A stretch of 64,000 nt of DNA from Pecten maximus (taxonomy: Eukaryota). The DNA is taken from contig NC_047016.1 in assembly GCF_902652985.1 (NCBI RefSeq), positions 23,746,001-23,810,000 of the forward strand, in the 5' to 3' direction. The notes under the pieces were generated by a model. It saw only the letters and a program-made list of their open reading frames with translations, was not told the origin of the DNA and did not search any database. Of the stretch, positions 53,998-64,000 are shown piece by piece. Within the stretch, counting starts at the first letter, position 1; the number at the start of each line of letters is the position of its first letter. Both the position numbers and the translations under genes were made by a program.

Positions 53998-56082
53998 TCA
54001 AAATGGTGGTTACAACTCCCCTTTTAATAAACCAACGTGTATATCAATTATGGCGGATAATTTACCACTACACACGAACATCATTATGAATTGAATACAT
54101 TTAACAGTCTACCTCCAATATACTTTTTCCAAAGTAAGTATAATAAATACTGATGACTTGCACTATTTACACAATACATTATTTCGTTTTGTTTGAATGA
54201 ATGCATTATCATTAATAGCTAAAAAGACGCCTCTTGTTCCAAGCCCGGATTTAAAACCTAATTGAGCATCTGTAACAGTCTATCATAATGTAATTCTCTT
54301 GTAGTTATTGACATTACTCTTATTCCCCTTTTTAAGTAAGATACACTGACTTAGGAAAACATCTTACCTGTAACATAGTACTAGCTTTAACAAATCAACT
54401 GGTAATGTGTCCTTTTATTCGTCAGTAAGATATTCATAAATAATCATATCAAAAGCTCTAGACAAATCCTTATTAACAGCTATGACATCAACTTTACGTT
54501 TAGCTCAATATTACTGTCTCTCAAAATATCTTCTTCATCCTTCGATATGACTGCGAGATCCTTAAGATATTGGAATTAATTAATAATGAATCACCGGTAT
54601 CACATTAGGATTATTACGTTTGATAAAAATCTAGCATGTTACCTTCAACTTCTATGTTCAAATAAACTTGATTCAACTTCCTCTCTCATTTAAACAACAA
54701 ACAATGAACACGCACCTTTATACCTTTCATATAGCATCATCGCGCCAAGTTTGATAATATTCATCACTTTTGTGCACTGGTAGTGATACATGCATAAAAA
54801 GGATATGAATAATTTAGTACGTGTCTGGTAGAAATACAGAAAACATCATATAAAAGTTTCTCATCATTTATTGCTACACTCTTTTGAGGCAGTAAGCTAT
54901 TCAAAGAACTTTTCAATTAAAAGATATTTTCACAAAAAATAAGGTTTCATATCTTTTAGCCTCGTCAGTCACACAACATTAGATATGGAGGGAGAGTAAG
55001 TATCAACACTGTAAACCAATACCACTGTCAACATAAAGTATGGTACAAATAATGTTACAAATATAGGTGCATGGCCCAAGTATTTATTAAAAAACAATTA
55101 ACTTTAATTTGCAACTTAATCTTGTACTTGATGCTTATTGTATAATTGTATAGCGCAACAGAAATGAACAGTATGATATAGGACGAACGTAATAACCGTA
55201 ATAAAGGGTATAACTAGTAATTAACAGGTGGTGATTTACCTTTTTAATACCTTTATTAATATATTTATCTTCAGTATAACATTTTGCCTTTATTTAAATC
55301 TTTCATCTAATATCAAGGATGTTGTTATTACTAAGTTGATTCCACGTGTATTGATCTTTATATTCAAACCATCATTCTACACCAGAGAGATAATCTGACT
55401 TTGAATACACAAAATTACCACGAACAACTCCAAGTCATTGTAACCCTTAAACAATGTATGCATCCCAATTACTACCATCATGTTACAGGAGCCAGATACG
55501 ATAAAAACATGTTTTCTTTCTCCAGAGACAGGAAATGAGAAATTAGATATTACAATTAGTCGAAACAAAACTAAACATTCAACGAAAATTATTCGTGATA
55601 TATAAAGAAATATATCAAACCATGATAAGGTTTTATGTTGACAGAGCTCGAATTTTAAGTAAAACTGTATACGCATATTTCAGGGGAATGATGTTATGTC
55701 AATCAAACAGGATGTAAGGCCAATATTGAATTGTAAAAAAAAATGGACACAATACATAAAAAGGGAATTAAATGGATATGTCTGAACATAAAAGTAGTTT
55801 TATTTAAAAATTGGATGTTACAACCACTTCAAATACATTGTATGACCATATTTTGAAGTGATAAAAAATGATTAAAATGTGTATTTAATGTTATTTGATT
55901 TTTATGTTCTGAAGCCTTTAATTACATATAAGTTGGCTTAAGTATAAACAGGTTAACGATTAATAAATACAGAAACATACAAAGTTGACAATATGTATTT
56001 TTTACTAGCTTTGATAACCTTTTGGTTTACAACATTCATATCAATTGTTTCTTCTTAGGTTCTTCATTGATTATCCTACACG

Positions 56083-56093
56083 TCAGTTAAGTT
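56083..56093 (-). CDS. Gene B probable terminal coding exon (ELN*), followed by 3' UTR
   Basis: First strong acceptor (gtgtttctttcAG) beyond the intronic minisatellite; phase 1 gives E-L-N-TGA; minus-strand AATAAA near 55800. Confidence 0.5.
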
Positions 56094-56299
56094 CTGAAAG
56101 AAACACAGCAATATCATTAAAAGATGTTATTGTAAAATATACATTTTGAGATCTACAACTGTACATGTATGACTTCTAATGAATGCTCAGAACAATACAC
56201 AAGTTTACAATTAAAAAAAAAGGTCGAAGCCGAAAATTGCTATCAATGTAATACAGTATTACTTTTCAAAGTAGTTGTGTGGTCGTGTTTACCTAAATG

Positions 56300-59200
56300 G
56301 TACCACAATATACCAATGTTACCACATAACCACACAGACGTACCACAACATACCTATGTTACAACATACCACACAGACGTACCACAACATACCTATGTTA
56401 TAACATAACCACACAGACGTACCACAACATAACTATGTTACAACATACCACACAGACGTACCACAACATACCAATGTTACAACATACCACACAGACGTAC
56501 CACAATATACCTATGTTACAACATACCACACAGACGTACCACAACATACATATGTTATAAAATAACCACACAGACGTACCACAACATACCTATTTTACAA
56601 CATAACCACCAGACGTACCACTACATACCTATGTTACAACATACCACACAGACGTACCACAACATACCAATGTTACAACATACCACACAGACGTACCACA
56701 ATATACCTATGTTACAACATACCACACAGACGTACCACAACATACATATGTTATAAAATAACCACACAGACGTACCACAAAATACCTATTTTACAACATA
56801 ACCACCAGACGTACCACTACATACCTATGTTACAACATAACCACACAGACGTACCACAACATAACTATGTTACCACATAACCATATTGACTTACCACAGC
56901 CTACCAATATTACAACATAACCACACAGACGACGTACCACAACATACCTATGTTATAAAATAACCACACAGACGTACCACAACATACCTATATTACAACA
57001 TAACCACACAGACGTACCACAACATACCTATGTTATAAAATAACCACACAGACGTACCACAACATACCAATGTTACAACATACCACACAGACGTACCACA
57101 ACATACCTATGTTATAACATAACCACACAGACGTACCACAACATACCAATGTTATCAAATAACCACACAGACGTTCAACAACATACCTATTTTACAACAT
57201 AACCACCAGACGTACCACTACATACCTATGTTACAACATAACCACACAGACGTACCACAACATAACTATGTTACCACATAACCATATTGACTTACCACAG
57301 CCTACCAATATTACAACATAACCACACAGACGACGTACCACAACATACCTATGTTATAAAATAACCACACAGACGTACCACAACATACCTATATTACAAC
57401 ATAACCACACAGACGTACCACAACATACCAATGTTACAACATACCACACAGACGTACCACAACATACCTATGTTATAACATAACCACACAGACGTACCAC
57501 AACATACCAATGTTATCAAATAACCACACAGACGTTCAACAACATACCTATATTACAACATAACCACACAGACGTACCACAACATACCTATGCTACAACA
57601 TAACCACACAGACGTACCACAACATACCTATGTTATAAAATAACCACACAGACGTACCACAACATACCAATGTTACAACATAACCACACAGACGTACCAC
57701 AACATACCTATGCTACAACATAACCACACAGACGTACCACAACATACCTATGTTATAAAATAACCACACAGACGTACCACAACATACCTATATTACAACA
57801 TAACCACACAGACGTACCACAACATACCTATGTTACAACATAACCACACAGACGTACCACAATATACCAATGTTACAACATAACCACCAGACGTACCACA
57901 ACATACCTGTTACAACATAACCACACAGACGTACCACAACATACCAATGTTATAACATAACCACACAGACGTACCACAACATACCAATGTTATAACATAA
58001 CCACACAGACGTACCACAACATACCAATGTTACAACATAACCACACAGACGTACCACAACATACCTATGTTACAACATAACCACACAGACGTACCACAAC
58101 ATACCTATGCTACAACATAACCACACAGACGTACCACAACATACCAATGTTATAACATAACCACACAGACGTACCACAACATACCTATGTTATAACATAA
58201 CCACACAGACGTACCACAATATACCAATGTTACAACATAACCACACAGACGTACCACAAAATACCTATGTTACAACATACCACACAGACGTACCACAAAA
58301 TACATATGTTATAAAATAACCACATAGACGTACCACAACATATCTATGTTACAACATACCACACAGACGTACCACAACATACATATGTTATAAAATAACC
58401 ACACAGACGTACCACAACATACCTATGTTACAACATAACCACACAGACGTACCACAACATACCTATGTTACAACATAACCACACAGACGTACCACAACAT
58501 ACCTATGTTACAACATAACCACACAGACGTACCACAACATACCTATGTTATAAAATAACCACACAGACGTACCACAACATACCAATGTTACAACATAACC
58601 ACACAGACGTACCACAACATACATATGTTATAAAATAACCACACAGACGTACCACAACATACCTATGTTACAACATAACCACACAGACGTACCACAACAT
58701 ACATATGTTATAAAATAACCACACAGACGTACCACAACATACCTATGTTACAACATAACCACACAGACGTACCACAACATACCTATGTTACAACATAACC
58801 ACACAGACGTACCACAACATACCTATGTTACAACATAACCACACAGACGTACCACAACATACCTATGTTATAACATAACCACAGACGACGTACCACAACA
58901 TACCTATATTACAACATAACCACACAGACGACGTACCGCAATATACCTATGTTACAACATAACCACACAGACGTACCACAACATACCAATGTTACAACAT
59001 ACCACACAGACGTACCACAACATACCTATGCTACAACATAACCACACAGACGTACCATAACATACCTATGTTACAACATAACCACCAGACGTACCACTAC
59101 ATACCTATGTTACAACATAACCACACAGACGTACCACAACATACCAATGTTACAACATACCACACAGACGTACCACAACATACCTATGTTACAACATAAC

Positions 59201-59312
59201 CCACAGACGTACCACAACATACCTATATTACAACATAACCACAACATACCTATATTACAACATAACCACAACATACCTATATTACAACATAACCACAACA
59301 TACCTATATTAC
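56300..59312. repeat. 40-bp minisatellite (~75 copies; 27- and 39-bp variants next to the exon) starting at a gene B donor
   Basis: Unit accacacagacgtaccacaacatacctatgttacaacata. Confidence 0.98.
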
Positions 59313-59425
59313 CACAGATGTTAGTAATGGCTTCACGTTGTTCTGCAATTTGTGTTCCAAGTGGTCCAGAAAAGCATGTTTGTTGCAACCCCTCTGCACA
59401 CGCGAGAAACCATCGGTAGGTTGTA
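59304..59425 (-). CDS. Gene B exon (STTYRWFLACAEGLQQTCFSGPLGTQIAEQREAITNICGNI): second half of six-Cys module
   Basis: Acceptor tttgcattccAG, phase 2 to 1; the exon can end at 59313 (G|GTAATA) or 59304 (AG|GTATGT), both in phase; within ORF 59110..59607. Confidence 0.85.
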
Positions 59426-60046
59426 CTGGAATGCAAATAAAAGAAATAAGAATGAAAGAAAAGAGAAAGCAAAAAATGCAAAATATCAACCATATTAACT
59501 TTTAGTTTCCAATTAATTATTACAATACATACGTTTGAAACTGGGTCATCGGGTTTGTCTTTTTGTATGTATTTGGGAGAATTTATGTACAGTTCATTCA
59601 AATACACTTTGTTTAAACATGTATAATCACAAATACATATACAACGTAAAAGAACAACATTTAAATGCTAGTTGTGGTATCAGAAAATCTTTTCAGAATT
59701 GCCATAAAATTTCTGACAACTATACTGTATAGATTCTAGTTGTTAAATTTCACAGCATAAAAACAAAACAGAAAACAAAAAATGAAAAAAAGACACAAAT
59801 CATTGGCATGGTGTGAAGTCCCACCACTAATTACCCAGATAATCAGGTGATTGGTCAAAGAACACGTTATATTATATGTGCATTCAAATGGAATTAATTT
59901 GACTGCGCCATACAGCTGTTTGACCTTCTTGGACTCGTCAGTGATGTGATGCAAGGAGGCAATGGAGAAAAAAAAAAGTCGAAAGTATTGTTAAAATTTA
60001 GATTGGGAGGTGCAATAAAACATTTAATAAACAAATAAAACAATAC

Positions 60047-60146
60047 CTGCAGCGACGTGAGCGACGGGCTGGACTTCGGCGATTGGCCATGTTTAGTAGA
60101 TCAAAACATTCCTGGGCTGCCATTGTGTCGCATGGGGCTCCGGCAT
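60047..60146 (-). CDS. Gene B exon (DAGAPCDTMAAQECFDLLNMANRRSPARRSRRC): first half of six-Cys module
   Basis: Acceptor tttcactAG, donor CAG|GTATTG; 100 nt, phase 1 to 2, open; not in the ORF track. Confidence 0.85.
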
Positions 60147-60550
60147 CTAGTGAAACATCCACAATGCAATATAGTTCAGGTTTTAGCGGTTTACAATAAC
60201 ACTGGGTGTCAAGATATATTTATAGAAAAAATGATATGGGGTGTTTTATTATGACCTAATTGGGAAATATTTACGTAATATCCACTTGTTCGATATGGCA
60301 TTGAACGTACGCAATATTCTGATATTGATAATATACATGCTGGAACACTAAATCGTATTCTCCTTTTCTATTCATATGTTGTGTTTAACACACACGTAAT
60401 CGATTTCACGTTAGAATTGTGGTCGGTGTTTACAAATTGGTATTTTCTTGATGTGAATACCCCACCCATTAGGCCACAGAATGTGACAAAGATACCAATT
60501 ATACAAAATGTACTCATGAAGGTATATAAGTATATATATATACAAGTTAC

Positions 60551-60729
60551 CTTCTGCCTCGGACGGTAATTCACACGATAGTGCTACATCCTGCCAGTGT
60601 CTACAGGAATGCTCCCCCCAGCCACTGAATCTACAGTCAGCAAGTCTGGTCTCCCCACCATCACACCTCAGATTAGACATCCATATCATTCCTTTGCCTG
60701 GGGTATAGTATCTGATGTAAGTCCCACCA
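60551..60729 (-). CDS. Gene B exon: C-terminal half of SRCR domain
   Basis: GKGMIWMSNLRCDGGETRLADCRFSGWGEHSCRHWQDVALSC; ttcAG acceptor, AG|GTAACT donor; 179 nt, phase 2 to 1; six Cys over two exons, as in group A SRCR. Confidence 0.95.
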
Positions 60730-61767
60730 CTGAAATAATCAGCATATAATACAGCCTGTTTGTGTTTAATGTATAACATCAAGTTAATAAACACACAAAC
60801 AGGGCCGCAATCTGAACGCAAATCACATCTTGTAGAGACAAGGACAGAGGACATTCCACAACGAAACGAAAAACACAAGGAGACACTACAAAACCGAATA
60901 GGAAAACACATGTTGTCAGTTATCGGTCATGATGAAATATCTACAAACCACATATGAAATTAGGATAAGCGTGATTAGGGTTATTTAATGTTTTCAAAGT
61001 ATAGTACCACATGTAACAGATTCAAATCTAAAGATCAACGCATTTTTGAACCATTGAAAAAGTAAACAAATGGTCTTACTTGTACTTGTCTTATAAGCAT
61101 CAATAGATCCAGTATACATTTGTACATATATTGCATAAGAAATACCATATCACACAATATATTTCTCACATTCGTCTGTTGTTTTAATTGCATCTTCGTT
61201 TCGTAATATTGGTTTGTAAATGAAAAAAAATAAAAAAAATATTGAAGCTCGCCTGTTTATCTTGCTTCCTTAACCTAAGGATCAAAAGTTGTATACAAGT
61301 CATGAGTTTGAATATATTTTCACAAAGGTTAAGCACGATGCTGTGGTATTTTTATCTGATACTGTAACATAACAATTACATGCAATTTCAAAAGCAAAAT
61401 AGAAATAAAAATAGATTTCCAATTAAAATAAAGACAGAGAAGTATACCCGAATTTAAAGACTACTAGTTAAGATAAGGAAATAAAAAAGTACTTCTATGC
61501 ATAGATTACACATTGAAATAACAACTGTAAGCTGACAAAATGCCGTATCAATACTTGTGTCTCTTAAATTGATTTTCTCAGTAATTGTTTTCAAACGAAA
61601 TTTATAATGTACCCGTATGTGCGTTTATATGACGTAAACTATTGATTTTTAAGTATTTTTAGATGTGTGTATTTGTTTCATTTCTTTTTCCAGTATCGAT
61701 ATATATTTAAGGGTACAACGCTTTCAGTTCGAAACATGAATCGGGGCGAAATATAATTTATAATCTA

Positions 61768-62031
<264 letters not shown>

Positions 62032-62528
62032 TCAATATACACAACAAATCAGTGGCCTTTTAACGTTTGATGACATAATCAACCTATCATCCAATGAATG
62101 TCCGTGTAATATTGGTTGCATACGTAACTAGTGCAATATACCATGGAATTTATTTCATTGACTGCACATGGTAATTTTGACAATGTTACGTCATGAAATG
62201 AAAATCTTGCAAGAAAATGGCTGCCTCCATTTGATTTCGTCCTTTATAATTTGTCTTTAAAAAACTATCAATTATCATTTATTTGAATTATTGATAAAAA
62301 GCATCATAATTTTGTTTTACATTTTATACACATTATTCGTTGTCAAGCCTTGGGTTTCACCATAGTACGATTGCTTCTCAATTGTTTACGAATAAATGGA
62401 ACCATTGGCAGGTGGGCCCCGAAGTGTAAAAATGTGTTCTTACATTGTGTAAGAATATAATGGTACTTAGTTAATGATTGAATATACTTTGAATTTAACT
62501 AAGAGTCACCTTAAGGTTTATAACCAAC

Positions 62529-62793
62529 CTTCTCCCTCTAGGTGTTTATGTTGTCCCGCAGTAGCCCTCGCTAATTCTCGTTGCCGTACATCAAGCTGTT
62601 CCCGGTCGACTATTATCGTTCGCTTCTCCGAAATAAAATCTAACACGTTTCTATAATTTGCTATAAGTTGCCCGATTTTGAGTACTTCTTTGTCCTGTGT
62701 TTTTACCGACGTAATCCAGACAGACAGTAACAAAAACTTAGTTATACTAAGTAAATAGAGTTTACTTATGTCCATTGTGATACCGTTGAACAT
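62529..62793 (-). CDS. Gene B first coding exon: signal peptide (MDISKLYLLSITKFLLLSVWITSVKT) and charged, probably helical linker
   Basis: ORF 62518..62793; donor GAAG|GTTGGT, phase 1, in frame with the SRCR exon; the start may be the ATG at 62793 or at 62775. Confidence 0.75.
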
Positions 62794-63277
62794 CTGCTGA
62801 CTATTCCAACTTTGAATTTACAGACGGAATGTTAACAAGCTAACGACAAAAGGGATAAAACAATGCCATGTGCAGACAATCATTTTTTTTTCAAAAATTT
62901 CTATCGAATTAGATTTGACATTCAAATTAAGTCATTACTACGAGGGAACTAAATGAGATAATTACCTTGACATTTTGATTTCGTACCTCTTTTACTCTTA
63001 GCATATGTATAGCTAGATGTATCGAATTAAGATTTGTGACAAAGGACACAATTGGACATCACAATTAAGTAATTTATTGAGTAAAAGCTTAATAATGATA
63101 TCAAACTACATAATACAGCTGCTTCTTAATGGTGTTTATACTGATTGATATATGCTATATAAACAATATTGCCAGTAATGTACTTTGATCAATGTTGATA
63201 TCATCATAACCTTTCCAAACTGATCTAAATATGCCCGTCCACTGGACGCCAGTTATACACACTGCTTAATGAATGTA

Positions 63278-63377
63278 CCAAAACGACCCGGCCTTCTACC
63301 GAAACGACTTCCGAATGTCTCGAAACGACTTCCGAAAAAGTACTGAAACGACTTGTTACCGAAACGACCTGCCACCC
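63278..63377. mobile_element. Terminal fragment of a non-autonomous DNA element with aaacgac subterminal repeats
   Basis: Five aaacgac(c/t) motifs ending in ctgccacc. Confidence 0.4.
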
Positions 63378-63384
63378 TGGTGAA

Positions 63385-63982
63385 TACCATGTCAGTGCAG
63401 CTGCCTTAATACCACGTCGGTGAAGCTGCCTTAATGTCATGTCGGTGAAGCTGCCTTAATACCATGTCGATGAAGCTGCCTTAATACCATGTCGGTGAAG
63501 CTGCCTTAATGTCATGTCGGTGAAGCTGCCTTAATACCATGTCGGTGAAGCTGCCTTAATGTCATGTCGGTGAAGCTGCCTTAATGTCATGTCGGTGAAG
63601 CTGCCTTAATGTCATGTCGGTGAAGCTGCCTTAATGTCATGTCAGTGAAGCTGCCTTAATGTCATGTCGGTGAAGCTGCCTTAATGTCATGTCAGTGAAG
63701 CTGCCTTAATACCATGTCGGTGAAGCTGCCTTAATGTCATGTCGGTGAAGCTGCCTTAATGTCATGTCAGTGAAGCTGCCTTAATGTCATGTCGGTGAAG
63801 CTGCCTTAATGTCATGTCGGTGAAGCTGCCTTAATACCATGTCAGTGAAGCTGCCTTAATACCATGTCGGTGAAGCTGCCTTAATGTCATGTCAGTGAAG
63901 CTGCCTTAATGTCATGTCAGTGAAGCTGCCTTAATGTCATGTCGGTGAAGCTGCCTTAATGTCATGTCAGTGAAGCTGCCTT
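63385..63982. repeat. 25-bp minisatellite (~24 copies)
   Basis: Unit catgtcggtgaagctgccttaatgt. Confidence 0.97.
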
Positions 63983-64000
63983 TGCTAGATTTTCGTACTT

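Overview
AT-rich eukaryotic genomic DNA with spliceosomal introns, most likely a bivalve mollusc (inferred from the Helentron/HINE and palindromic-MITE repertoire and the minisatellite density). Roughly 40% of the window is tandem repeat, and essentially every long ORF in the supplied track is a read-through of a minisatellite. Manual splicing recovers two compact multi-exon genes arranged tail-to-tail in the last 20 kb. Gene A (+, 44834-51975, 5 coding exons, 162 aa) encodes a signal peptide plus two tandem copies of a ~65-aa six-cysteine module. Gene B (-, 62793-56083, 6 coding exons, ~270 aa) encodes a signal peptide, a group-A-type SRCR domain and one copy of the same six-cysteine module, with matching Cys spacing and identical intron phases. 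In both genes a minisatellite has grown out of a 5' splice site bordering this module; in gene B this creates a ladder of in-frame alternative donors. The rest of the window holds nested HINE elements, MITEs, three bipartite palindromic (Crypton-like) elements, a decayed long-TIR transposon, a 9.3-kb 25-bp satellite rich in forkhead motifs, and weak signs of the 5' exons of a large minus-strand gene in the first 24 kb. No CRISPR array, rRNA or tRNA gene was recognised.
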